Notes under the pieces: generated by a model
The model's input: only the letters and a program-made list of their open reading frames with translations
Told to the model about the DNA's origin: nothing
The model's database searches: none
Position numbers and translations under genes: made by a program
Assembly (NCBI RefSeq): GCF_036321535.1
Contig: NC_087437.1
Location: 47,184,001 to 47,248,000, forward strand
Direction of reading: 5' to 3'
Source of the DNA: Camelus dromedarius
Taxonomy: Eukaryota
Length of the DNA stretch: 64,000 nucleotides
Shown: positions 36,706 through 49,548 of the stretch, in pieces
Position numbering within the stretch: position 1 is the stretch's first letter
How the letters are laid out: the number at the start of each line of letters is the position of its first letter

Positions 36706-36959
36706 ATGTTGTTAATAGAAGAGAACAGACAAGTGAAGTGTATCCTGGCAGATTTCGTCAATGAAAATAATTAACCTTCAACAATAAAAGAGAGGAGAGG
36801 AGGGAAGGAGGGGGAAGAGTGTGGAGGCTGTGAAGGTAATAACTAAGAAAAGTAAAGCAGGAATCCTAGTGCAAGCCAATGGATGTCATGGGTGACGGCT
36901 GTGACCATGCAGGGGTGGAGTTTAGTCATGGGGACAATATTGTAATTCAAAATGTTGAC

Positions 36960-37340
36960 TGAGACTTCACTGTGTGCAACATTCCACAAATTGTGCTAAA
37001 TTCTGCACATGATTCAGAGATGAATGAGAGGCAATTCCTAGCTTCCAGAGACTTATCATTGAGAAGGAGCAATTAAACAAGAAGAGCAACACCTATAATG
37101 CAAGACAGGATATGAGATACATTGTGAGACATAAAATCACAGGGCTCTGGGAGTCAGAGGTAAACAAGAAACACTTGGGTGATCCGGAAAAGCAACATGG
37201 AAGGAGTCATGCGTGAGTCCTTTCTTAGAGGATGAGTAGGACTGTAGTAGAGTTTAATACAGGACTGTAATATAAAAGATGAAAGGGATGAGCAGTAGAG
37301 GGAGGCTGTATCCCACGCAGAGGGTAAAATAGCAAGAGAC
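36960..37340 (-). mobile_element. L2 fragment (degraded)
   Basis: 'ttgactgagacttcactgtgtgc...cagagatgaatgagaggcaattcctagcttc...tgagtagga'. Confidence 0.55.
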
Positions 37341-37664
37341 AGCAAACCACAGAGATAAGGGAAAGGAAGCAGATACAGTTGAGAAAAGTTTTGTTTGTAG
37401 GCAGCCAGAATAGGTTTTTACTGATTTTTCTTGACTAGAAAAAAATTTTTTTTATTTGAGGAAGAGGAATGAAGTTGAGCTTTTTCATCGGAAAGTTAAT
37501 TATAAAATGGGCAACTAACCTTCTCCATCCCCACTCACATGGAGCCAGAAGCATCACTACTGCCAATATTCACGAATTTGGCAAAGTAAAGGAAAATGAA
37601 TCTCTAAGAGATTCTCCAAGCAGCCTTTAAACTCCTTCCTCCTCCCCTTGGAATCCTCAAGGGC

Positions 37665-37760
37665 AGTCAGGGTAAGTCTTTGTTGGTGAGGAGAAGGGCT
37701 GTCTTGTGCACTGTAGAATGTCCAACAGCAGCATCCCTGGGCTCTGCCCTCTAGATATCA
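37665..37760. mobile_element. MER20 fragment
   Basis: 'gggctgtcttgtgcactgtagaatgt...cagcatccctgggctctgccctctagat'. Confidence 0.7.
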
Positions 37761-38064
37761 ACATCTAGATATCAACAATCAAAGACCTTCCAGAAGCGAG
37801 TGGAGACTAAAGAAGTGAACGATATTAAATAAAATAAATTAAATTTAATAAATTTCCACTTATTAAAATGGAAAAATTTTAAACCAGAAGTTTCCTTAGA
37901 GGTATAACAATAACAACAACAAAAGTTTCAATGCTACATGCCAGAGTTCTAAAGTCTTTACTGAATTGATGTTAGGTGGATCTAAAATTAGCTGAATTAA
38001 CCCATCAAAGATCTTGGGCCATTGTTCAGCTCATGGGAGAGATGTACAGCAGAGGGCCTAATCC

Positions 38065-38345
38065 CTATAAAGTAGCTACAATTATTATCCCCATTTTACA
38101 GGTGATAAAACTAAGGACCAAAACCATACAGTTCTTAAGTTTTGATTCCAAGATTTGAACAAGATCATCTGACTTCTAGCCAAAAAGTGTAATCACTCTG
38201 CTGTATTGCTTCCACTGTAAAGCAACTCGTTTGTTAATTTTAAGTAGGAAGCTGAGGCTTGGAGAGGTGCCATGATTTGCCCAAGGTCACCCACTTGTTG
38301 GTAACTGCTCTGTGACTAAAATCTAGGTCTTCTGACTCACTCTTC
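38065..38345 (-). mobile_element. Two MIR fragments in tandem
   Basis: 'attatccccattttacaggtgataaaactaagg' and 'ggaagctgaggcttggagagg...gatttgcccaaggtcac'. Confidence 0.75.
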
Positions 38346-38525
38346 AGAGGTTTTCCACTTAAAGAGTGCTCCAGGGATGTGCACAAAGGAGATTGCTTCC
38401 TCCTCCTGGGAGACCTGAGTGTAGGAGAGGTTCAATAAAGTAGCAGGTAACAATAGAATCGCCCCAGTTTCATATTCAATCTGATGCCTGCATTAAAAGA
38501 ATTGACTCTTGAAAGTGCCCCCCGC

Positions 38526-38567
38526 CACACACGCGCACGCGCGCATGCGCGCACACGCAAACACACA
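38526..38567. repeat. (CA)/(CG) alternating purine-pyrimidine microsatellite
   Basis: cacacacgcgcacgcgcgcatgcgcgcacacgca read directly. Confidence 0.9.
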
Positions 38568-39619
38568 GGCTACAAGGAAATAGAACACATGGTTGATGTT
38601 GGTTTAAACCTGCAGTGATCTAAAGAGATCTAGTCAAAGTCAAAATGCCCACGTTGTTTCTTAAAAACATTTAAGCCCATCGAAAGAAAACTTTCTTGCA
38701 ATTAAAGTTTCCAATTCAGGATAATTCCACTAAAATTCAAACCTAAAATATAAGAAATATTTTTCAGTTGCTTTGAGAGTTCACATAGGTGTTTTGACTC
38801 TCCTTTAATTGTATAACCTTCTGACATTTAGAAAGAGAAAGAGGGTCTGAATACACCACCACTGCCCAACCTCTAGAGAGGCAGACTGGCCACACCTGAC
38901 AGGTGTTCCCATCTGCTAGGCAGAGAAAATGAGTGGTCTAGACTCATTATCTCAGCCTTCGGTGTCTCAGAGCAGCAATCTCTGAGCTTAGGGAGAAATT
39001 ACAGAATACAGACAGAAGGTGAAATTGATGATCCACAGCACAGTTTTCTGATCAATCAAAAGATCAGGGGCTTAGTAAGGAGCAGGAAAAGGCTTCACTG
39101 AATGAGAAAGTGTACATTTGAGCCCACTTCACCTTGTTATGTGTCAATCCTTGTTTCCCTGAAAACAGAGCCTAGGAACAATTAAGTGCACCTTTGTGAA
39201 ATAGTAGCTCCTGTGCTTATAAATAAGCATGTATCCTATCTGTGTGCTCTGATTTAATCAATTTGTGATTTATAGTAATGTAATCACTGACAACACAGAG
39301 CCAAGAACTGGCAACATGACTTCAGCCATTGAGTAGCTATGGAGACAGAGACACTGCATATTCTGAGCCACATGTACAGAGGGGGCCACAGCTTTGGCCA
39401 AGAGATCTTATGAAGTCTGCTCTACTAATAAAAAACAGAATCATTCTTTCATCGTCTCTCACTGGGCATGTTACCAGATCACTGGAGATCAGAGTCTGCT
39501 TGCTCCTAGTACGCTTTTTTCTCTGAAGGACTGTTGTACAGTGCTGGGTGATGTGGAATTGTGTTACTCGGGAAATAACCCAGTCAAATGTGATGTTTTA
39601 TTGCTTTCATGCATCAGAA

Positions 39620-39855
39620 GTTACAATTTACTAAGCATTATCTATGGACCAGGTCAATACTGAGCACTTTATGTGTAAAAGCTTACTTTGTTAACTTTCC
39701 CACATCCCTATAAGGAAGTGTCATTTCCTCATTTTACAGAAGAGGAAATGGGTTTGTGTCTTTTCCAGGTGTATATGGCTAATCAGAGGCAACTGGGATT
39801 CGATTAGATTAGCGTGTCAGGCTTCCAAATCAGTATTCTAACTGCCGTGTACTAC
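39620..39855 (-). mobile_element. MIR SINE
   Basis: 'atttactaagcattatctatg...ctcattttacagaagaggaaa...ctgggattcga'. Confidence 0.75.
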
Positions 39856-40149
39856 ATAACAACAAATACATATCAAGCACCTGTACAACCTCTGACGCTT
39901 CTGTGAGCAATAATGTTGTCTTTGTCCTTAAAGAGATTGTAGTTGGGCTAGGAGAACAGGCAAGCAAAAGAATGACTGCAATGGAACTGCTAGCCTCGAC
40001 AGACGGGAAGGTTGTTCACAGAAGGGTAGAGGAGCGGCACCTGACATGCATAAAGGTCTGTGCTAACACTGGTCGCATGATTTCATATGTCCATAGTGAA
40101 ATACCATAGTGAACATTTGCTTTGTGCATGCTGAGGAAGTTGATAATGT

Positions 40150-42520
40150 AGTCTAAACTAATGTCTTCCATATCTTCACTTAAATTTGGAGAATTCTTCA
40201 AATTCTTAGCAATATTCACATTGATGAGTCTCCTACAAACACTGCCCTTTCGGTTTCTGAAACACCTCTCCTTCAGTGATATTGTCCACCTTCCTATCTC
40301 AGCCACTCATTCCCAGGGTCACATCTCCAGGCTTGTCCTTACCAAAACCTGCAACCTGACCACAATTTAAATTTGAAGACTCCCACTCTCTGACCACCAC
40401 CTCCTGTCTCTCCAGCTCATCCTCTTGTACTTGCCAAAAACCATTGGTGGCACCAAGATCTACAATCCATTGATAATACTGTCCTTTTGTTGTCTCTTGC
40501 CTCGTCCCTGTCCTTATTTCACCTTCTCTTGTAGCCAGCTTAAAGTCCACAACCCATTATGATTCATCATTCTTTTTCAGGCATCCTCAATTCTCTTGCC
40601 CTCTCATATTTCATCAGACTTGGCAAAACTTCAACCCAGGGTAAATTCAGCTCTCTGCTTATTCTGCACTTGTACCCATACTGTTGAAAATAGTTGGATA
40701 CAACAATGGAATATAGACCCACTTTGTATTCATGACCATAAACCTCAAATGGGTCTAAGAGCAAGCATACTAGGTTTCCCCAGCCTATTGTCAAGTGTAG
40801 TTCTTCTGTTTCATATCTTACTAGTTCTCTTATCTCTAGCCACTACTCCGCATCTTCATTCTCAACTCATGATTGATCTTAATTCCTACTTCAATAAAAA
40901 ATGGAAGCAACCATAAGAGAACTCCTTCAAGCTCCCACCATCACACCAACCCACCTTCTGTGTTCCTAACTCCTGACTTCCTTCCTCATACTATAGATAA
41001 ACTGCCCAGGCTACTATGGGGGGGGAGGGTAGTCTTTCACTTGTGTACTGGATTCCAGGCCCACTCAAGACAGTGCTCCAACACTGCATCCTTAAATTTT
41101 TTCTTCTCCATGGAACCTTTGCCATCAACCTAAAGGCAAGCTACTATTCTCCAATCCTCAAGAACCCTTCCTTGACTCCACTTCCCCATAGGAAGTGCCT
41201 TATTTTTCTGCCTTTACTGTAAAGTTTCTTTAAAAGTCTGTCTGTAATCACTCTTTCCAATTCTTCTTTTTCCTTTCTTTCTTAAATTCACTTCAGTTAG
41301 ACTTTTGCCCAACATAACTCCACCAGTTATTTTCATCAAGTTTACCAAAACCTCTATTTGTTAGATCAAAATGTCAGTTTTCAGGTCTCACTTTATTTAC
41401 ATCTCAGAAGCATCTGATACAGGTGATTTCATCCTGCCCTCCTCCTTTCTTCACTTGTTTCAGAACGCCATGCTCTTAGTCTCCTTTGTTTTTCTTCATC
41501 TCTCCTACCTCTTCTCTCTTTCTACACTCACTCCCTGGATGGACTTAACCAAACGCCAAGGCTTTAAATATCTTCTATAAACTCACAACTCCTTACATTT
41601 CTACCCCAGACTCCAGACTCAAAGATCTAACTGCCTACTTGACACCTCCACTTGGATATTTCATATATATCTTTACCTTAAGAGTTCAAATTGAATGCCT
41701 GATTTTCAATCAAACCTAATCCACTTTCATTTCTTCTCAATTAATGGTAAGTTCTCAGTTGTTAAAGTCAAAAGTTTAGGAGAGATCCTTGACTCCTCTT
41801 TCTCATTTCCTACACCTAATCCATCAAGACTGATTGACCTTACCTTCAAAAGAGAGCCAGAATCTGACACCACCGTTTCCAGCACACCAATCCAAACTGC
41901 CTTCATCTCTCACCTCAATTATGGCAGGTCTCCCTGCTTCCACCTCCCCCCGCTACAGTCTATTCCCAACAGAGTGGGGAGTGACCCTGTTAAAGGGCAA
42001 GGCAGCTCATGACACTTCTCAGCACCCACCTCTCTCAGAATAAAAGGCAAAGTCTGCACAGTGGCCTCCCAGGCCTTTCACAATCTGGCCCTCACAACCT
42101 GGCCTCATCTACTACTCTCTCCTTGCTCAGTCCAGTTCAGCCACAAGGGCCTCCATGCTATTCCTGGAACAAAGTGGGCATGCTCCCACCGCGTGGTCTC
42201 TTTCACCTGTTGCTCTCCTTGCCTGGAAGGCTCTTCTCCCAGAACTCACATGGGTCACTCCCACATTCTCAGCAAGGCTCTCTGATCACCATAAACACAC
42301 TTGCAGCTCCTGCACTTCCTATCTTCCTTTCCTACCTAATGTTTCTCTAGAATACTTACTACCTTCATGTATGATGCATAACCTATGTATTTCCTTTACT
42401 AATTGCTACGCCAGAAGGGAAGGTCCACAAGTACAGAGATGTGTATTATTTTGTGTTCCCAGCACATTGGGTCTGGCACATGATAGAGATTCAGCAAATA
42501 TATTTTAAATACGTTGAATG
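40150..42520 (+). mobile_element. Long (~2.4 kb) decayed L2 (L2a-like) ORF2 and 3' end
   Basis: Pyrimidine-rich L2 motifs throughout ('gacacctccacttggatat', 'atccttgactcctctttctc', 'gaataaaaggcaaagtc'), terminal 'ctggcacatgatag...cagcaaatatatttt...ttgaatgaa'. Confidence 0.9.
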
Positions 42521-43274
42521 AAGGATAATATAATTTTAAAATATGATTTGGGTTTACTTTTAATTGACTCATCAGCATGTCCTATTATAAAAGCTACTCG
42601 TACTTAAAAGCCTAATGAGCCTTTTAATAAGCATTGGTAAAAACTCTGGTGTATTTAAATTGCTCAGTAGTAAACACCAGCCAAGACTTTCAGAACCTGA
42701 TGAGGTTTGAAATAATGGAGTTTATTCTTCTAAGTTGAATGAAGCTAGGTACCAGCTACCATATCTCTGAGGGCACTCCAAGGAGACCAAGGTAAAGTTA
42801 AGTTTAGACGGAAGAACTTCCAGTTTTCCACCGGAATTGATTTCTGTAGATGTCAGAACTTCTGACACACCTGCTCGGGGTAGAGTCAGGACAAACCTGA
42901 GCAAGGGTGAGCACGGGTAAGTAAAGACTGCAAGCTAGCATTGGAGCACTTTTTTCTTAGGTGTTTAAAAGAAGTGTTTGCTTTGATAAATATAGGAAAT
43001 CTTTGATCAGTGTTCACACATTTTCTTAGAAAACCATGTCTAAAAGTGGAATAATCTGCTCTGCTCTAGACCACTTCTGGGACAAGAAAACGGGCTCAGT
43101 TTTAGGCATACCACAAACAACAGAGGCCAGAGTATAAATTAGAGGGTCCACAGGATCATTGTGAAACAAAGACTGATACCGAAACCTTCAGATCAAGTGG
43201 ATGGAGGAGTCTCTGGCCACCTGTCAGGCTGGTAGCAGCATGCTGGTTCTCAGGAGCCTCTCCATGTGGAATAA

Positions 43275-43500
43275 CCATAATAATCATAATATCAACCATT
43301 TATTAACCACGTATTATATGTCAGGTCCACCAGGTACTTTACATGTATTATCTCATAAGTGTTCAAATACATATATTATTCCCATCCTAAAGATGAGAAT
43401 GGTGAGGCTCAGAGAGGATAATCAGGGGCTTAAACTTACCCAACTAGAATGAGATGGGATCAGTATCCACATTCAAGTCTCTGACCCCAGGCCCACGTGA
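43275..43500 (-). mobile_element. MIR SINE
   Basis: 'aaccatttattaaccacgtattatatgtcagg...ctttacatgtattatctcat...agatgagaatggtgaggctcagagagg'. Confidence 0.85.
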
Positions 43501-43789
43501 ATGCTCCTATACTTGGCTGAAGAAGGGTTTAGAGGAAGCACTCAGGCCTGTGGAGGGGAGCAGGTGAGAGGAAGCAGGCTGGCATCATGGCAGGACTCAG
43601 GCCTCAATGAGGAACTGGAAGCCACTCAGGATACCAGTCTAGCCTGAGAGCCTGGACATACTCAGTGGTTCCAGTGATAAGACTAACCAGGTGAGCACAA
43701 ATGACCAGGGCTTCACACCTGGCTGAGGGCTGCACAGGCCAATTTTTGGCAGAGAGGGGGCCAGGCCGTGGAGAAACAGACACACACAG

Positions 43790-44060
43790 AGATGGATAGT
43801 GCAGGTGAGGACTGACACAGGAGGGCTCCTTCACTGCCCTCCTCTCTACCTTACATCCATATTCTACCTTCACACCCTCCTCACCATCTGCTTTGCTCCT
43901 CCAGCCTCAATCATTCCCACCAAGCTCACTTTATTGCCTCTGCAAAAAGAGGGTCCTGGGGTATTGGGTTTGATTGTACCACACCCCCCTCCTCCTCAGG
44001 AGACCTCTCAGCCTCCCCTGACCATTAAGTATTCCACCCTAAGCTCTAAGTTTTTCTTTG
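43790..44060 (+). mobile_element. L2 fragment (degraded)
   Basis: 'ctttgctcctccagcc...ctcctcaggagacctctc...ccctgacca'. Confidence 0.4.
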
Positions 44061-44274
44061 GCACCCAGGTAACAATAACCCACAGAGTCAGACATAACCC
44101 ACTTGGGGGTAAAGTAACCTCTTACAGCAGATGTCCTTAAAGCAGTACTGAGGCCTGACACAGATCCAACGTAGCAGAGTCAACATGCTTGTACTCTAAG
44201 CAATTTTCTCACATTTTGCCTGACATTCACTTATTCCTGACCTTTCCATGCCAGAGAAAGGTAATACCTCCCAT

Positions 44275-44450
44275 TTGTTTAGCATTTTACAGGTTACAAA
44301 ACATTTTCAGCTGCATTACCTCACTGAATCCTCCCAAGAGTCTGGAGGCATTATCCCTCATGTCAGATGAAGAAATGGAGATTCAGAGAAGGCAAGTAGC
44401 CTGCCCTAGGCCACAAAGCTGGTCAGCCTCAGGCAGTGGTCAGATCCCAG
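44275..44450 (-). mobile_element. MIR SINE
   Basis: 'agcattttacaggttacaaaacattttc...cagatgaagaaatggagattcagaga...ctgccctaggccaca'. Confidence 0.8.
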
Positions 44451-45102
44451 AGCCCCTTCACCGCAGCCGAGAGAATGGCTCAACCTCAGTGAAGAAAAGG
44501 CTTCTTTAGCCTAATTTTTGTTTCCTCATGACACAGCCTTTGCTCCCATTAATAGAATTAAAACCAAATTAAACAAAAGCAGTCTTGCCAGAACTCTGGG
44601 AGTGGGAAGTCAGACTCTCCCAGGCTGATGATACTTCATAATCCTCGGCTCAGGGACTTCTCTCCACCCTCCACTTACCTGCAGTAGTTTTATAAATAGT
44701 TATCACTTTTCTTGTGTAAAACGCTGGAAGCCATAACAAGAACATTTACATGAAGGACAACTTTAGACTTTGAACAACAAAAGAAATCACAAGAGAGAGG
44801 ACAATGAGAAGGACTAGACACAAGAAGGCATGGGAAGGGGCTCACACACAGAAAGCGTGGACCTGCAGGAAGCCAGGTCAGGACTTGGCCTTCTCTCTTG
44901 GTGGGAAGCCCTCTGTGTTGGCCCAGCACCCCCTCCGCCCCTGCCCTTGGCCCCAATTGCTTTGTCTTCCCACCAGCAGCTCTGGGCTTCATCTCCCAGC
45001 CTCTTTCTGACACTCCTGGCCTGTAGTCTGTACACCACATAAGGAGAACCAGAGCTTACAAGAAATTAATGTAAAAGGCATAGAGGAAGAAGGTAGCTAC
45101 AT

Positions 45103-45389
45103 AAAGGAAGGAAGGAAGGAAGGAAGGAAGGAAGGAAGGAAGGAAGGAAGGAAGGAAGGAAGGAAGGAAAGGAAGGAAGGAAGGAAGGAAGGAAGGAAGG
45201 AAGGAAGGAAGGAAGGAAGGAAGGAAGAAAGAAAGAAAGAAAGGAAGAAAGGAAGAAAGGAAGAAAGAAAGAAAGAAAGAGAAAGGAAGGAAGGAAGAAA
45301 GAAAGGAAGAAAGAAAGGAGGGAGGGAGGAAGGAAAGGAAGGAAGGAAGAAAGGAAGGAAGAAAAGAAAAAGAAAAAAAAAAAGGAAAA
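45103..45389 (+). repeat. (GGAA)n/(GAAA)n compound microsatellite, pure polypurine tract
   Basis: About 287 nt with no pyrimidine on the + strand. Confidence 0.98.
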
Positions 45390-45744
45390 CTTGGCAATAC
45401 TATTTAAAAAAATCAGAGAAGAATTTCTTTTTGTTTGTCATCATGGAATGTGGCAGCCTGCTGGGAATGGCTGAGCAAAATGGGGGTGCCTTGGGGTACA
45501 TTCTGTGTAGGCTGATCACCTCATTCCTGACATAAGCCCACAACATAAAGAGCCACCAGTACATGAAGACTCAGAAGACCTTCCCAATGGAGGTTCTTCT
45601 GACTGTCTCTACCAGAAAAAGAAAGCACAGGAAGATATGCAAATATTTTTTGTATTCTATGCACAGGCACTCGAGTTGGTGGGGGAGAGGAGACTGACAT
45701 GTCCTGGAATAATGCAGGGACATGTAGCATCCTGTTACCACAGG

Positions 45745-46067
45745 CTTCCTTCAGTCCCTGGCATGACTGTGACTTTCTCATCACCTTACAGGGCTCAGTT
45801 TAAATGGGACCTGCAGGCCTTTCCTGACCCCCTTTCTAAAATAGACCTTTCCATTATTTTCTACAACAGCACCCTGTTTACACATTTTTTTTTAACACTT
45901 AACAACAAGCTGTAATTGTTTTGTTCACATATCAATGTGTGTGTTTGTTTGTTTGTTTGTTGGCTGGCTCCCCCAGAAGATGTAAGCTACAATAACATGT
46001 CTACTTTCATTACTAACATGAGGTATTATTAAGTAAGGACTCATTTTACATCAGTGGAATGAACGAA
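45745..46067 (+). mobile_element. L2 3' end
   Basis: 'agggctcagtttaaatg...aggcctttcctgaccc...cagcaccctgtt...tgtaagct...gaatgaacgaat'. Confidence 0.75.
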
Positions 46068-47720
46068 TAAGGATTAAAATCTTGAGCACAGTGCCTGATT
46101 TTCAGTCGATATTCCAGAAACCCAAGTTTTCCTCTCAGAGCCTACAGTCAATGGGTGCATGGATACAGGAAAATATAATTCTACACAAGGCAGACTGAGT
46201 GGCATGCCAATTTAAATACTGACAAAAGTATCTCTGGTAGTGAAAATTATATTCAAGGAGGTCTAAGGGACTGGCAGGAGAGGCCACATGTACATTTCAG
46301 GATCTCTGGAAACACAGGGAAGTCATACCCAAGTTCATGTTCACCTGCTCTGCCCTCTTTGACCCCGGGGCTCACAGTTAAAATAAAGATGACCAAAAAT
46401 CAGAACCAGTGGACTGACAAGTACCTATAAAAACATTAAGATTTGACAACTCCCTAGTGCAGTAAAACCTGGGCTGTGCCCTCACCATTGCAGGGTTCTC
46501 ACCATTTTATTTTGGCTTATATTTCCTTCATTTCTTTCCAACACGGAATTGAGTCAGGGTTGCTTAAAATGCCCCCATTCACAAGGTGCATTGTCCTTAG
46601 AAATGTCACCTAAAGATATATTTGAGGTCTTTTCCCCCAAGTGGTTGGAGGAGAGCATAGAGTCTGTCCTTGGCACATATCAGTAGGAAGGATGGATAGG
46701 ATCCACTCCAGACTGCAGGAGACCCCCGGGGAACCCTGAAGCATCCCCCTGCACACAGACTAGCAGCTGATTGTTTCTGCCTCCCACTGCCTCTTTTTCT
46801 GGAGTGAGACTGTGCATCTCCCCTAATCCCAATAAAGTTGAGGCAAAACCTGTGGGAGAAAGATAAGGATAGAGGGAGCTGGAGATGGCAGAAGGGCTCT
46901 GCCTTTTCTTTTAATCTGACTCCACCAGAGCCTGCCTAGTAAGGCCCCAGAGGTCTCTTTAGGCCTGTCTGGCTAGAAGCACACTTATTTCAGAACTGCC
47001 CGTGTCTTCCAGCTGTGTTGACAGCTTCTACACATCCTACCCAGGCTATCTGGAGGCTGGCTGTCACTCACTTGGGCTGTTCTTTATCCAAATATTTTTT
47101 TCTTTGTTTTTGAAGTTTTATTTTGTTTTGTTTATCACTTGGGAAATTGAAAAGGCAGGAAAACAGAAACACGACTAAAATAACTTATATTACATTTTAC
47201 TAAAAAAAGAAATATTAGAACCTAGTTTTAATACCAGTAATTTTTTATTTCTTTTGGCCCTTGAAGCTGCTGAGGCTATTTCTCTGACACCTCCCACCAG
47301 GGTGCTCTGCTGGCATTTATATATATCCAATCCAGGCATCCAAAATTCTCCTGGTTGTGATCACTTCTCATTTAACTACCTCATCAGTGACTCATTCTCT
47401 AATTCTCACCTCTCTATTCTCTCAGGGAAAAAAAATGTGTCCCAAGGAAGAAAGAAGTAATAGACTTGGAGTCTAAAGACTCAGTTAGACTATCTCTTAG
47501 GAAGGGGCCCCAGATGCCTTCAACAGGTGTCCCTGAAGAACACATGAAGTGTCTGAATGACACACTGAAAGATTTTTAGGCTACTCATATCTACCTGCAG
47601 GATAGGATTGAGCCAATCAGTGGAAGCTCCTCAAAGCAGATTTGGGCTCTTCTAACAGTCAGATCTCAGCTGCCTCACAAGACAACACTTGTCCCAGAGA
47701 TGTTCAAGAGTATGCTAGAG

Positions 47721-47843
47721 CAGTGGTTCCTAAGCTTTGATGCCTAATGAAATTTCTAGGAAGTTTTTAAAAATATACAGATACCTACTGTGATACCCTA
47801 CTCCAGACCCACAGAATCAGACTCTGGGAATTGGAGGCAAGAA
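47721..47843. mobile_element. MER5A-like fragment
   Basis: 'cagtggttcctaagcttt...tttaaaaatatacagat...ccagacccacagaatcagactctggg'. Confidence 0.7.
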
Positions 47844-48189
47844 CACAGCACCTTGTACAACAGAGAACACAGATTTAAGGCCATCCTCTCACACTTAAAA
47901 TAGAGTTACTTAAACTCAGAGCTTTGAGTTTTTTATTAGTAAAATGGGGCTAACAATACCAACTTTACAGAGTTGCTATAAGAAGTAATAATGAGTTATA
48001 TGTGCTCAAAAATGTTACTTTTGAAAATAGCTAACTTAGTTGATGGAGTTCACATTCAGGTGCTACTGGGAATGAGTTAGAAGCCTGACAACATCTGTAG
48101 ATTTAATAAAGATCCCCAAGAAACAATGGTCATATACCTTGGTCTAATCCAGTAACAACTAATGAATGGATTTTCAAGTCAGGTATAGC

Positions 48190-48410
48190 ACTTGACAATT
48201 CATAAGGCATAATCATACACATAGCCTCATCTGGGTTTTGGTCCTCATAACAGCATGAGAGGTGGGAAAGATAATGTTATGCCAACTTTACACAGCTAAG
48301 AAAACTGAACATTAACTCATACAAGGTCATGCTGCTAGTTATCCAGAGATCTAGGGTGAGAAAGAAGTTACACTTCCTAATGCCTAGTCAGGCTCCATTA
48401 TCTCCATTAC
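48190..48410 (-). mobile_element. MIR SINE (degraded)
   Basis: 'tcctcataacagcatgagagg...aagaaaactga...caaggtcatgctgctagt'. Confidence 0.7.
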
Positions 48411-48849
48411 CTCAAGCTTTGTTACAAGTCAATGGTTTCAGAGGCTTATTTCTTGCCTTTCCAAGTAGACAAGAGACTAGAGGACTATCTTTAATGGTTC
48501 TTTTTGCCTCCCATCCTGCTGGACAGTGTCTTACATATGATGGGAGCCCAATTAGTGTATGTTACTGGAATTAATTCACAGATTGTGTTTTGAAGAAAGC
48601 AGCACTTTTTTACCAGCATATCCCCAACTTGGAACTTGGGACATTATCCTATCTGCCACTATATCACCAGGGTTCTTGGTTCTAAAGCTTTGTTTAAATC
48701 CCTCATTTCTTAACCATTTATACTGGTCTCTTCCCAATGCCTGCTTGCTTTTCTGTTGTAGCATTTTCTAGGTGTTCCCCATCTCCAGAGTCATGTCCCT
48801 AGAAGCTCTTGCCAGTCTTCTCCATCTCCCTGGTCAAGTGGAAGGACAT

Positions 48850-49045
48850 GAAGCAGATCTGAGTTTGAATCCCTAATTTTCTTTCATTAGGTTAGGTAAT
48901 TTGGGGCAAATTACTTCCGTGTTTTAAACCTCAACTTTCTCACATGTGAAATAAGAATATTTACATACCAAGGTAGTTATGAGGATTAAGAAAGATAATG
49001 GACCAGGGTGCCTGGAAGTCAGTGCACAATAATTGTTATCAGTTA
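48850..49045 (+). mobile_element. MIR SINE
   Basis: 'ctgagtttgaatccc...gggcaaattactt...cctcaactttctcacatgtgaaat...tatgaggattaa'. Confidence 0.8.
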
Positions 49046-49207
49046 TCTCTTCTGCTTCTCTAGTGGCTTCTCCCTGCAAATTTTTCTAAGCCACAAAAGC
49101 CACAATAACACAATCCTCAAGTAAAATTTCCATTTTATCACTTATCTACTCAGATCTTTCCTTCAGCATCTCCTAAGCAATATCCCCCTCAAGTTCAAAT
49201 TTTAGAG

Positions 49208-49548
49208 CAACACTGTCCAATAGAAACATAATGCAAGCTGCAAATGTGAGCCATATATGTAAATTTGCAATTAAATTTTCTAGTAGCCACATTAAAGCAA
49301 AATAAAAAGAAACAGCTGAGATTAATTTTGATGATTTATTTTATTTAACATAATATATCTAAAATATTATCATTTTAACATGTAATTATATAAAATAATT
49401 AATGAAATAGTTTACATTATTTTTTATACTAAGTATTCAAATGCAGATGTGTAGTTTACACTTGTAGCACATCACCTTTCAGACTAGCCACATTTCAAGT
49501 GGTTAATAGTGATTATGTGACTAGTGGCTGTTATATTGGACAGTGCAG
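49208..49548. mobile_element. MER33 (hAT-Charlie), near full length
   Basis: TIR-like 'caacactgtccaata'...'tattggacagtgcag'; interior 'aattttctagtagccacattaaa', 'ccacatttcaagtg'. Confidence 0.9.

Noticed and set aside
45056..45397. 113-aa minus ORF of FLPS repeats
   Set aside because: Translation of the (GGAA)n microsatellite
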